Assembly: GCA_016748015.1 (NCBI GenBank)
Contig: JAAOMT010000034.1
Span: forward strand, 496,001-560,000
From: Geosiphon pyriformis uo1
Lineage: Eukaryota; Fungi; Glomeromycota
DNA: 64,000 nt
Direction: 5' to 3'
Below, piece after piece: positions 26,960 to 40,586 of the stretch. A program made the translations under genes and the position numbers. The stretch's first letter is position 1. The number at the start of each line of letters is the position of its first letter. The notes under the pieces are model-generated. The model was not told the origin of the DNA and searched no databases. It saw nothing but the letters and a program-made list of their open reading frames with translations.

Positions 26960-29235
26960 ATTGTTAAAAATAAGAAAACAAAAATAGCAACAAAAACTCT
27001 TAATCTTATAGTTCTTAAATTCTGTTAAAAAAAACTTTTATTTATAATTGTATATAATATATTAAATAAAATTTCAAAAAACTTAATTTAATATTATTAT
27101 AATTATTATCTTAAAAAAATATAATTATTCTAAAAAACATAATAAATGAGACAAAAAATTCTGTTTTATTTATAAAAAATTATTACTAAAAGAATATAAT
27201 TGAATTAATATAATAAACAGAAAAAAAAACCTATAATATAATTTGTTAATATATAATCTTTATTTATAATTAAATAAAAAAACATTATTTAAAACAATAT
27301 TCAATAAAGTATTAAAAAAATTATAATACTATTTACACAATAAAAATAAATTATATAATACAGTACAGATTAAAATAGCAAAAAAAATTGCTAAAAAATT
27401 AAATCCTAAAAAATATTAATCAAAATAACCAATAAATTTACTAATTACAATATGTTTAATTTGAAAATATTTTAAAAAAATCAATATAACTATATTTATT
27501 TACCAAAAACAAAAACAGTATCTTATCTAAATCAATATTTATTTTTGCAAAAACTATTTTATTTTATGTTAAAACTAATATTATAAAAAATATTAATACA
27601 AAAAAAACTTAAAAAAAATTCTTTAAAAATTAATAATACTAAAATTAATTAATAAATTAACAAAACTTACTTAATAATCTTAAGTTAAAAAACTTTTTAA
27701 TATATACTAACTTAAAACAAAAAATTAATATTCAATATTTTAACAATAAATACTTAAAAATAATATCCAAAAAAGTTTATTTAACCAATACTAAATTCAA
27801 TTTATAATATTTAAAAAAACAATTTATAATATTTAAAAAAACAATTTATAATATTATTATTTAAAAAGATTATTAACTTAAAAATAACAATTAAAATCTT
27901 ATTAAAAGTAATAATTCAAATAATATTGTAATTAAGTCTTATAAAAAAAAGAATAAATATTTAAAAAAAAGTAAATAATTTTAAATATACTGAAAATTAT
28001 TTAAAAAAAATCATATATTATTAAATATAAAAAAAAAATTACACAACTAATTTTATTATTAATAAAAGTTGTAAAATTTGTGTTAATAACAAATTAAAAA
28101 AATAATATAAACAACAAAAAAATTTGTAGTTTTAAATTAACAAAAAAAAATTGAAACAAATTTTATTAAAATAACAAAAAAAAACAAATTAATTAAAATT
28201 AAATGGCTTATATTATATGAAAAATTAGAAATAAAAATTAAAAAAACAATAAAAAAAGATTATTAAAAAGTTTATATATATTTTAAAATAAAGTTAAAAA
28301 ATATATTAACACTACAAAAAATTTTTAATTTTTTAAAAATTACATTTTATTGTAAATTTATCTTAATAAATTAGTAACTATTATTAAAATAGGATTAATT
28401 TACACCAGAAAAATTGATTAAATTAAATATTAAAACAATAAATTCTGTTTAATAATAACAATTAAAAGCATTAATTTTAAAATATTTTAATATATTCTTA
28501 TAAAATAGTAAATTTAAAAAAACCAACTTAGTTTAATACCAAATTTTTATTAAAAATACAAAATTTAAAAAACAAAACACTTATTATATTTTACTAATAA
28601 AATATAATTTTAATAGAAAAAAAATCCAAAAAATATTAAAAAATAAAATAACTTAACTATAAATTTTTAATTCTTATTAATTGTTTTAGTAAGAAAAAAA
28701 ATCAAAAAATTAAAGTTTACATTAATTATTATAAATTAAATAGTAAAACAATTAAAAATTTATATTTAATATTATTAATTAACAAAATTTTTAATGTTTT
28801 TAAAAAAATAAAATGGTTTTTTATGTTTAACTTAATTAGCAAATATTAATAAGTAAAAATAAATTTAAAAACACAAAATAATATTTACTATATAAAATAA
28901 TAATTACAAATTTAATGTAATTTTATTTGAATTAATTATTTTTGTAATATTTCAAAAATTAATAAATATAATTTATTCTAAAATTTTATAATAATCTGTT
29001 ATTGTTTACTTAGATAATATAAATGTTTTTTTATTAATATTTACAAATTAATTTTAATATTTACAATAAGTTTTTAAAAAATTGTTTTTTTAAAAAAAAA
29101 AATTAATATATTTTTAAAACACAATAGAAAAAATAAAATAAAATAAAATTTATCAAAAATAAAATATAAAAAACTTATTAAATCAACAATATTAATTTAC
29201 TTAAATTTTAATAAAAAATTTATTTTAGCTATAAA
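26960..29235 (+). mobile_element. Ancient, nearly erased Ty3/Gypsy fragment (dUTPase, RT, start of RNase H)
   Basis: Residual reading: IQYFNNK...KKVYLTNTKFNL (dUTPase motif 1, ~27730), KFKKTNLV (~28510), VIVYLDNINVF (~29000) and LIYLNFNKKFILAIN, cut at 29235 by the next element. Confidence 0.65.
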
Positions 29236-29580
29236 TATTATCAAAGATTTTTGGTCTTTTTTTTAAATATTGTAATATTACTTTATTGTTAATTTGATTG
29301 TTGTTAGAAGTTTTTGAACTTTTAATAACTAAATTTATCTTCAAATTGTTTTTTATAATTTAAATTGCTAGACTTATAAATAAAATAATCAATTTTATAC
29401 TAGTGTTATCAGAAGTTTTTGGTTTTTTTTCTTGAATATTATTAATGTCAATTTGCTATTAATTCATAATTATTGAAAGCCAGTAAATTTTTGATAACTG
29501 AATTTTATTTTTAAATTATCTTTTATAATTTGAACTGTTGAATTTATAAGTAAAATAACCAATTTTATGCCAATTACTTG
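29236..29580 (-). repeat. Two tandem ~170-bp copies of the LTR terminal segment
   Basis: Units start at 29236 (TATTATCAAAG) and 29404 (TGTTATCAGAAG); an inverted homolog lies at ~43080-43252. Confidence 0.75.
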
Positions 29581-32017
29581 ATGTAATTACTTTGTAATAA
29601 AAACCAACTCTTTTTCATAAATTACCTATTTAAAAGCTTATTAAAAATGTGTAGTTACTTTGTTGTACAAGTCAATTTTTTTACAGAAATTTTATTTGTA
29701 GGCTATTCTAATGATTATAATAAAAAAAATAAAAAAAAATAAAAAAAATGTAAAAAAAATAGGATTTTGTTAAGAAAATTGTTTTTGATTTAGGCTTAAA
29801 GTTACTAATAGTTTACTAAAATTGGTAGCTAATTAATTTTAAAATATTAGTTGGATTTTAGAAAATTTTAAGTATAATTACTAAGAGAATTGGTTTTTTC
29901 GAAATATATTTTATTTGAATTATAATACTAAAAATATGTCTAAAAGTAAAATTGTTATTCTCTTATAAAATATATTTTCTCAAAGAAAAAAGCTTTTCTT
30001 TTATACAACTTGTTATAATATTAGTTTATAAACTTGCACTTTTTTTTTTGCTATAATTTTAATGAATTAAAGATACATTTTGACAAATTATAAGTTGTTT
30101 CTACGAACTATAAATAATTTTAGTAAAGTATTAAAATATTTCACAAATTTTGGCAAATTTTTGAATATTACAAAGTTCGAGATATTACATGATCTGATTA
30201 TCACAATTGTGTATCATACAAATTGGATTATTAATTAGATAATAATATTCAATAATTTGATTAATTAATAAGTGATAATTGAAACAATAATAATATATGC
30301 TAATTAATGATAGAAATTATAAGAGTAATTTTATGTTAATTATTAACTAAAGTTCTATTGATAATATAATCTTCTTAAAACTGAACTATATTGAAGTTTA
30401 AGCACTATTTGTAATATTAAGATAATGGTTCAAAATAATTAAAGTAATTTGAATTAAAAATTATTGAAATTTTAGTTTTGTAAGTTTGCTAATATATTGA
30501 ATCTTTATTGGTTGGAGTATTGAATTTTATAAGACATTTTCACAAGTATTGAATAGATTATAGAGTCTATGAGCTATTTTAAGTTTGTAATAAGTGTTTG
30601 TTAATTCAAATATTGTTTTAAATTTATTGTAAATTTGTTTCTATATAACATTAAAAATAAAGTTTGTTGTTTCAAGTTCTAATTTGTGTTTATAAAGTGT
30701 TTTTTTAATATGAAAATATTTAAATATAGAAATATATTTATGGTTTTGTTTATTAAGAAATAGTTGAAGCTTTTGTTGTATTGTGATATTTGGTAAAATA
30801 TCAATAGAGGCAAATAAAAAATTTTCTTTTAAAACTTGTTTCAAAAGTTTTGATAATTAAATTCCAAAGTAATTTTTTATGTTTATTTTATAAGAGTAAT
30901 AATTCTGAAAATTATTTACTATTGGTGTTATAATTTCTTTTTAAGTATAATTAATTTGACTTTTATTAATTGTTATAAATAAATTAGGAAGTGTTTTCAA
31001 AGTTAAAAATAATTTTTGGAACATTTGTTAAAAATTTTGGAGAATAATTATAATAAAAATAAGTAAATTAAGAATAAAATTTGAAAAAAATTAAAAAAAT
31101 AAAGATATATTTTTGGTTTTGGATTTTTTTTGTAACTATTTATTATTTTTGTTTTTATGTTTGTATATTATTAAAAAAAATATTATGATAACATTAAATT
31201 AAATATTCAGGTTTGGTTATTGTTTTATGATAACTATTAGTTTTAAATTTCAGAAAATATTTTTAGAATTAATTAAAAAAAAATATGTACCAATTTATAA
31301 AATTAATAGTTTAGAATTATTTCTGAAATAATAGTGTTTTAGTCAATTTCTATGTGCAATTTTTGCTAGAACTTTGTTATTAAGTCTTAATTTATATGAT
31401 TTGTTGTTTAGAATTTTATGAATATAAAATAGTTTATCCTATTTATGTTCAAATTTTCCATTTTATTGTTTTTTAGCCTTAATTTTGTATAAAAAAACTT
31501 TATTTTCAACTTTAAATTCATTGATAATTGGTGGCAATTTGTTATCATGCTATTTTTTTTGTTAAGCTTGAAAATGTTTAATATAGGTAGCTACTATATG
31601 TTTTTTTCTTTTTAAAGTACTAAAAGGTATAAACTCTTTATTAAAGTGTCTCTTAAAAATTTTTTTTTGTTAATTGGTTGTATTAGATATGTTTCTACAG
31701 TAAAATTAATTGGTAATATTGCTGTTTTTTTATAGATTAAATTAAATAATATGTGTTTTATGGTATCTTGTTTTAGTATTTTATATGCTAATAACACTAA
31801 TAGAATAAAGATATTCTATTTTTGTTCAAAATAAGTTAAAACTTTGGCTAAAAATTTACACAATGTTTAGTTAAAACATTCTACAAGTTTATTTGTTTGT
31901 GGATTATAAGGTAATAATAAAAATTTTTTAACATTAAATTATTCACAAATTTTTTGTATCAAGTTGTTTACAAAGTGTGTTTCTTAATTGGATAAGAATT
32001 TAATTGAATATTTATGT

Positions 32018-32874
32018 TGTTACTCATAAAAAAAAAACAGATATAGGAAAACAGTAGACCAATAAGAAAGTAGTAGTCAGCATGTAAGCATATTGCTTAA
32101 CAATATGGAGCAATGTGGAGCAATGTCAAAAATCATGACACATTACTCAGCAATGTAAGCATTGCTTGAGAAATTATAGAACATTGTTCAAGAATGTGAG
32201 CAATCTTATAGAACTCAAATTATGTATATATAGCAATAGTGTTGAAAGTAAAAAAGACAGAATTTTTTAGTTGAAAACCTCTCAATTTAGATTTTATCTA
32301 AGCAACTTTTCAAATTCACAAATTTCAATAAATAATTATTTGCTATCTTAATTCACTCTTCACTATCAATATTTCATGTTGATAGTAATTACTACTTAAC
32401 CATACTGGAACAATAACTCTTGATTACAGCTATTAACAGGATACTAAATTGCAATTGTATTGACTCATTTTCTTTATTTTCTTTATTTTTCTTTATTTTC
32501 TTTATTTACTTTTCTTTGATTTTATTGTGGTTTACTAAATTGATTAAGAGGATTAAAGCACTGAGTTATTGATGTCATGAATAGCCTGGTAAAAGACCCA
32601 AAAATAAGGGTAGAATTATATATATTAACAGATAGCTTACCAGAAGAGCATGACTGCTAAATTAAACCAGCCATCATGCTGAAGACAGAAATTGGGAAAA
32701 CAACTTGAGGAAACAACTTAAACCAACCATAATGAATCTTTGTCTATTATCCAAAAAACTCTCCAACCAAATCTTTGGATATAAAACCTTCAGATATCAA
32801 TACCAGAATACCAACCAAGCACCAAGTTATGGATTTGTTATTTGATTTGAGACCCCAAATAATCATTTGTAACA
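32018..32874 (+). repeat. 5' LTR (857 bp)
   Basis: Direct repeat of 41236-42060 with an extra ~50-bp GAGCAATGT-rich segment and a (TTTATTTTC)n tract. Confidence 0.95.
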
Positions 32875-32876
32875 TT

Positions 32877-32894
32877 TGGTGCTCCCTGTGAGGT
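32877..32894 (+). other. Primer binding site TGGTGCTCCCTGTGAGGT, resembling the complement of an elongator tRNA-Met 3' end
   Basis: Begins with TGG 2 nt after the LTR; the complement ACCUCACAGGGAGCACCA resembles eukaryotic elongator tRNA-Met 3' ends. Confidence 0.7.
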
Positions 32895-35800
32895 ATAATT
32901 CTACAGAAAACCAGCACCAACTATACCATCCAAAAGTGGCAGAATCAGAATTAATAGAAGCAAACCATTTAGGATTTGTGAAATCCTTATTTCAACACTA
33001 CTGTCAACATTTGAAATTAAACCACAATCATATATCAGCAGAATCAGTCTTCAATTTTTACATCAACAAGAGAATTGTCTATCTGTTAAGAACACTAGTA
33101 AATACCAAGTCAACAAGAAAAACCTTTTACAATAAATTAATTTAAAACACTAGCCTACCAACAAACCACAATTTCACATCCATCATCACAGAAATCAATA
33201 AAGAAATTGAATATCACACCCAACAAAGATACCCAATTACATATGCCAATAAAGGAAAAAGAAAACTGCAAACACTAGCAGTGACATCTCAAAAAATACA
33301 ACCACTCACTTGGAAGAAAACCAAAGTTGAATTGCCAACAAACCCATCATATCACTATACACCCGGAAGTGCTATTAATATCACATCAACAGGTGTGTCC
33401 ACATCAATTATTACATTAATATTTGGATGATTTCCATTTCAGAGTAAACAAAGGAAAGAAAATTTTTTAGGACCATACGGCGTGTATTTCGAAGGATTTA
33501 AGTTATGATTGCCAACCCCATCAGGACTTTGATCTCCGCTACCTCAACCAGATTTCGGAACTGTGAGTCCTTGGGAAGTAATGGATTCAGAAGAACAAGA
33601 AAAAGAGGAAGAAGAATCTAAAAATCAAGAATTTACTTACCAGAATCTGATTACTGAAAACCCAGAAATTGAAACTCCAAACTTTCAAACACAGCACAAT
33701 CAGAATGATTAAAACCCTGACATTAATAATCAACAACACTTACCTCCAAGAATCATGATTAATCCACCACCAGCTCCACCAATTGACAAACAGCAATAAC
33801 AACAACCACTTCAACCACCCCAACAATCACAGCAGCTGTTTCAACAGCCACAACCACAACTTCAACAACCAAACTTGGATCCAATGACCTATGCTCTAAT
33901 AGCAAAGCTTGAGAAGTTTACCGACAAAGAGAAAGACATTCAAATATGACTCAATGACATTGAAAAAGTCATCACAGCCAATGGATAAAATGACATAAGA
34001 GCACTTTAAGTCATTTCCTATTTCTTGCAGGATACTGCCAACTCGTGGTATTAAAGTTTAGCTGCCAAACCTCAAACATTCCAGGAATTTAAGGTTGTAT
34101 TCTTAGAATATTTCAGTAATAACAACAGTATTAACTACCTAGCAAACACTTTCACTACCATCAAACAAGGAGAAAATGAAGCAGTCACTACTTACTTAAG
34201 ATGCTTCCACAGAAATCTGCACCAAATCCAGGCCATACAGGCTGATTATTTCACAGTGCCACAAATTCTAAATCAATTTATCAGAGGCCTGTGCAATAGC
34301 ATCTTTCAACACATATGCCCAATGCATCCAGCAGATTTTCAAGCTGCAGTTATCAATGTCAGAGATTTTGAAGCAGCTGAACTCAAAGCTAATCATGTCC
34401 AAGCCGTAAATCTAGTAATAAATGAATCATCTGAATTGGATTCCAAATTGAAACAATTCAGTAATTCTATTAACCAGAAACTTGAAAAATACTTAGCTAA
34501 CAATCACACAATTTATCAACCACTACAATGATACAATGATTCCAGAAATATGAATCACTTCCAGAATCAGTTGCATCCATCATTGTCGACCAATCAACAG
34601 TGGCAACAAGAAATGCGTGTTTGCCACTATTGTGGTAAACAAGGACACCTACAAATTGACTGTTGCCATTGCTTAAATAACCAATGATTAAGAAATCAAT
34701 ATCAAAACCCTGATTGCCAGTTTCAAATTCCAAATAACCTACCAAACTCAGAGCCATATCATTAGAATTACCTACCTATGACATAGCAGCCACTTTATCA
34801 ACCACCAGTATATTAAGCACCAATTTATCAACTGATAACACTGGCAATTTATTAACCATAGTCACAACCCATTTATTAGCTGCAGCCTTAGGTAATCTAT
34901 CAGCTCCAACAAATTCAAACACCACCACAAAACTTACCTCAAAACAGAATCCAAAGACTGAGATTGACTCAACAGAGCTGGAGATTGTCAATGGTGGTTC
35001 ATCAACCAATCCCCAGTTCTACAGCACAACCATCAGGATCTCGACAACGGAATTCAGACACCAGAAACTTCCAAAACCCAAATGCCCAACACTATTTAAG
35101 TCTTCTGGTTACCCCAGAAGACACTTCACCCAACAACCCGAAAACCAACCAAGAGAAATCACCCACCAACAACATACCTCCAGCCACCATTACCAATGAC
35201 AAATTACTAGCAGCAACTTTTTCATTTGAATTCAAAGAAATCACACCAGTCTCATTATTCAGTAAAGCCACTCTTAACACCAAACCAATTACCACCATGT
35301 ATACTGATGTAAAAGTTGATGGCCATGTCATCAAACTGATTCTAGATAGTGGATCAGCTGGCAGCATCATTACACGACAACTTATGGACCAATTAAGTTG
35401 CTAAGTTGATCATGCTGCTAGTACTCACATAATTACCGCTGATGGGGCAACTAAAATCCCTATTGGTGAAATTGATGACTTCCCTTTTGAAGTCAATGGC
35501 ATCATCATTTTTATCAAAGTCTTAGTAATAGAAGTAACTTAATATCAGACATTGGTAGAAAATAACTGGTTATCTAAAACCAATACTATACTTGACTAGA
35601 TGATACAAAAACTCTAACTCAGCCAGAACGGTTAACACACATGAGTACCAGCCACATGTGGCCATTTCAAAACTCCCAACATGCCAGCACTTCTTATTGA
35701 ATTCAAAAAAGAAGAAAAGAAACCTACCTGGGAAGCTTATTAAGTGTCTTGGGCCAACAAAAACCACAACAAGTTGCCACTGATACCCTCTTGGGATGAC

Positions 35801-36879
35801 AACAACAAAGGAAAACAGAAGAAAGAACTTACCTGGAATACCAACCAAGCCTGGGAAACCAATAATAACCAAGACAACTCATTAACTTGGGAGTAGGAAG
35901 AGACTGACAAAGGAAAAAGAAAAAAAAAAAAAAAAAAACAACACCTATCAGCACCACTTATAATTATTACACCTACACTACACCTCAACAATCCACCTAT
36001 TATTAACCAAAACTCATATGCATCAATTGTGACAAGAAATTGTTATCAATGGGCACATATTTTGGCGATGATGAGGAATATCAAATGGCAACCAAGTTTT
36101 ACTGTTGCCCATGTATTCTAGAATGCTTTGGATGACCAAAATGGCAAAAAAAATAGGACAATGAACTATGTCTTGCCTGTAGAACTATTTTACCCAACAA
36201 AGAAATGTGGAATAACATTCTTGGGTGTAGAGGAACATGTGATAAGATGTGTTAGTATACGATCCTAATCAATAACTGGATACTCAAGAGAACACCAATC
36301 AACAATACTTGAAAAAGAGCGTTATGACAATTGAAAAAATATTCTCATAACAAACATGAACTCTGGAGAATGGTGTATGTGAAAGCAGAAGGTGTGACAA
36401 CCAGCAAACTACTGGAAATCAAAAACAATCTTCTATCTTTTTCTAAACCCAAATATGTTCAAACTTTCAACATCTTTGGCAACATTAAGAATGACCCAGA
36501 AAAATTCTATGAACATTACCAGTGATTAGCACCTACAAAAAAAGAGCAGGAGCAATGCTTGGAAAAAATCAACACCTGACTATGTGACCACTGTTTGATT
36601 CTATGTGACTTCTAATATTGTAATAAGTGTAATTTCATTTACAATCCACCACTACACATGATTTATATAATCCCAGAAAAAAAAGAACCAATCAACAGCT
36701 ACACATCAGAATCAAAATCAACTTTCAATTCCAATTCAAACTCTGACAATAATGATAACAAAAATAATGGTTCCAGCTCTGTTCAATATGACAACAAAGA
36801 TAACAACAATTTGGACTCTGATTCAAACTCCAAAACATACATTGCACTCTCTGATCTTACCAAAAAACAAGAAGTCAAA

Positions 36880-37300
36880 TGGTTCAGTGATAATAATAAA
36901 AATATTATGCCAAAACGCATGTATAATACTGATGTAGAATTTGATTTAAGATATCCAGGGAAATATCTCATCAAATTGGAACCATATTTGCACACTTACA
37001 TTGATCTAAAAATAGCACTAGAAATTCTAGCAACAACAATGGTGCAACTAGCATCCAGAAGTAGTTTAGTGAAAAAGAGGATCAACATCAAAGAAGAAAT
37101 AATTGACACAGGATAAATAAGAAATATTATTGCTATGCTACAAAATGACTCAAAAAAAGCATATATTATAGATCTAAATAAAAAGATAGCACAGGCAATA
37201 TTTCTATCTCTGGTAAAAGTAGCTCAATTAATCTCAGTGGGAAACAGAAAAGAACTAAGAATCATAGTTAAAGGGATACAGAGATTCGGATCAATGGGTA
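36880..37300 (+). pseudogene. Trimeric-type dUTPase domain within pol
   Basis: Degenerate motifs 1-5: TDVEFDLRYP, LASRSSL, IIDTG, KKIAQAIF and KGIQRFGSMG. Confidence 0.88.
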
Positions 37301-39160
37301 AAATAGATGTACCAGTTAATATGGCAGAGGAAAAAGTTATTGACAAAAGAGAAATTATCTCAACCCATCAATTAATTTCCATTTCACTATATGACCAGTA
37401 TATATTAACTATAAAAAGAGAAGTAAAGAATCAAGCTTAGTTGTTTGAAGCAAAAGCTACCATTTGCAAATCAGAAGAGATTGGACTCACTAATCTCTAC
37501 ATATCAGCCAAAAGCCCCAAAAATATTAAAATTTCCATCTACAACACAACAGAAAGTGTCATTAAAATACCAAAAGGAACTATTATTGGATATTTAACCA
37601 CCGAAGTTGAGAATCAACCACCAAATCCCATTCCAGATTTTCCACAGCTTTACAGATATGTGGACATCACATCACAAACCATCTATGGATGAAGTAAATG
37701 TTATCTGCTCCAATCAGAACAATTGGAACAGATAAACATGGAGAATCTAGACTCACTTCAACAAATGCAATTAAAAATGCTACTTAACAATTTCAATGAC
37801 ATTTTTGCTAGTGAAAATAAATTTGGCCGCACCAATATCATCCAGCATCAGATTAAGACTGGAGATGCAATGCCAATTAAACAAAGAGCATATAGAGTAC
37901 CACCAGTTAGCCATGAGATCATTTGTCAAGAAATCAATCAGATGCTTGACAATAGACTAATTCAGCCATCAATGAATTCATGGTCATCACCAGTAGTACT
38001 AATTTGAAAGAAAAATGGGAAAATCCATTTTTGTGTGGACTATCGAAAACTGAATAGAATAATTAAAGATGATAGTTATCTAACTCCAAAGATCCAAGAA
38101 CTATTTGACACTTTTGAAGGAAATAAATAATTCTCGACACTGGATTTAGATAGTGGTTACTGACAAGTAGCCATGAACCCAGCCGACAAAAAAAAAACAG
38201 CATTTACCACAAGAGAGGAAAATTTTGAGTTTGAAGTCATGTCATTTGGCTTGATGAATGCTCTAGCAATATTCCAATGGTTTATAGAAATTGTCTATAC
38301 TGGATTACTATGGAAATCAGTAGTCGTATACTTAGATGACACCAATGTATTTTCAAAAACATTTAATAATCATTTGTATCATCTCCAACAAGTGTTTGAA
38401 AGATTAAGAAGAGCTGGATTGAAACTAAATGCAACCAAATGTTTCTTTGAAAAAACTGAACTCAAGTTTTTGGGACATATAGTGAGCAAAGATGGATCAA
38501 AACGGATCCAGACAAAATTGAAGTAGTTAAGAACTTTCCAGTACCAACCAACTTGACAGAACTAAAAGCATTTTTGGAATTTACAGGCTATTATTACCAT
38601 TTTATCAAAGACTTTTCGAAATTGGCTCAGCCATTTCACCATCTACAAACCAAGAATGTGAAGTATAAATAGACTGAAGCTCAACAAAAAGTGTTCAACA
38701 CATTAAGAAGAAAGCTTATCCAAGCTCCAGTATTGATATATCCAGATTATAGCAAGTCATTCATAATTATAACTGATGCATCTGGTCAAGCATTGGGAGC
38801 AATACTATCACAAAAAAGACCAGATGGGAGAGAACTTTCAGTAGCTTATGCCAGTAAAAGCTTAAGTCCAGCAGAAAAAAACTATGGAACTTTAACACTG
38901 GAACACTTAGCTATCTATTGAGCAGTCATGAAATAGAAAAAATACTTGAGCCAAAAGTTTGAAATATATATGGATTACAAAGAATTGACTTCAATCCAGA
39001 AGCAAGAATTTGGAGACAATCACCATGTCAGATAAAAAATAGAACTTTCACCATTTAATTATATAGTACATTATAAAAAGGGAAAAGACAATGGAAATGC
39101 TAACAGATTGTCATGAATAAGACAACTCTAAAACATTTCAACCCAAAAATATAACAAAAA

Positions 39161-40532
39161 ATGAATATCTAAAAATACTAACAACTCTAACATTATATAA
39201 ATACCCAATTGTTCAAGGAGAAATTATCTCAAAAAGAACAAAAGAACATAAAACAACAATCAAAATATTTTATCAACCCTCAAAATATACTTTACCAGAA
39301 GAACAGAAGAAATTCAGATCAATCAACCAGAGTAATCACCAAACCAGAGAAAGAGATAATACTATTTAACATGCATTCAAATTCAACAGCAGAACATTTT
39401 TATAAAGAAGCAATCATGAAAAAAACCAGAAAAAGATACTATTGGCCATCAATGTATCCAGATATTATTCAATACATTCAAAGTTGTGATGCTTATCAAA
39501 GAAGAAATGGAACAAAATCCAGTGAACCATTAAGATCAATCAAAGTGGGACAACCATTCGACCATATTGGAATTGACTTAGTAGGACCATTGGCAATCAC
39601 CAATAAAGGCAACAGATATATTGCAGTAGCCATAGACTATTTTACTAAATAGCCAAAAGCAAAAGCCATTCAAAGAGCAAATGCAGAATTCATTGCTGAA
39701 TTTATTCATCAAGATTTGATTTGTTAACATGAATGTCCAAAAGAACTACTATTAGATTAAGGAACCCACTTTGTAAACAGAACATTGACAGAATTAAGTC
39801 AAAGATTTGGAATTAAAAGACTATTATCATTATCATATTATCCACAAACAAATGGCTTAGTTGAAAGATTTAATAGAACACTGTGTGAAGCAATAGCCAA
39901 AATTAGCCAAGAAAACCAAGATGAATGGGATTTGGTTATACCATCAGTATTATTTGCTTATTGGACAATGAAACAAGATACTACATAAGCAACACTATTT
40001 AAATTGGTATACAGTAGAACAGCAATATTACCAGTTGAGATAGAGGTCAATACATATCCAACTGAACCAATAACAGAAGATAATTTCCAAGAAACATTGT
40101 TGAAAAGAACATATGACTTAATGGAAACACTAGAAAACAGAAGCTAATAACATCCAAAAGTCACAAAAAAAGCAAAAAAAATGACATGATAACCAACTAC
40201 CAGATAAACCAGTTGAATTCAAGATTGAAGACAAAGTACTATTACATCGTACCAAAGCAGAAAAACAATGGAGTGGAAAATTTGATTCCAAATAGGATGG
40301 ACCATTTTACATAGAAAAAATTCTAGGAAATGGAGCTTATAAATTAAGATGGAACAACAAAATCTTAGCCAAAGCAGCACATAGTGATTGACTGAAACCA
40401 TATCACCAGATAGTATCATTATCTACCAATAACATTTCACAACTGGGAGTACAAAGAATACTAGTTCAACCAGATGAGATTCCATAAGATCTGGAACCAA
40501 TCATAGTTATTGAACCAAACACATCAAATTGA
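39161..40532 (+). pseudogene. Integrase, apparently a separate ORF with its own ATG
   Basis: HHCC relic (MHSNSTAEHF...CDAYQ), HIGIDLVGPL, YPQTNGLVERFNRTL and a C-terminal GPF/SH3-like region. Confidence 0.88.
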
Positions 40533-40586
40533 ACAAACAAAAAGTATATAAAAACACAGTACATGTGACAAAAACAGCCAAGAAAA

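Larger units (their letters stand above)
32876..39131 (+). pseudogene. gag-pol polyprotein: long N-terminal extension, capsid, CCHC, protease, Cys-rich insert, dUTPase, RT, RNase H (many stops, 2 frameshifts)
   Basis: IAKLEKF (~33900), VCHYCGKQGHLQIDC (~34620), LILDSGSAGSII (~35340), SSPVVLI, VVVYLDD (~38330) and TDASGQALGAILSQ (~38775). Confidence 0.9.

Noticed and set aside
32466-32512. (TTTATTTTC)n and GAGCAATGT repeats as a CRISPR-like or other array
   Set aside because: Simple tandem repeats inside the LTR with no spacers; copy number differs between LTRs by slippage.
35910-35940. Programmed frameshift at the poly-A run in pol
   Set aside because: More simply explained by G-to-A decay and homopolymer slippage or sequencing error; not testable from one copy.
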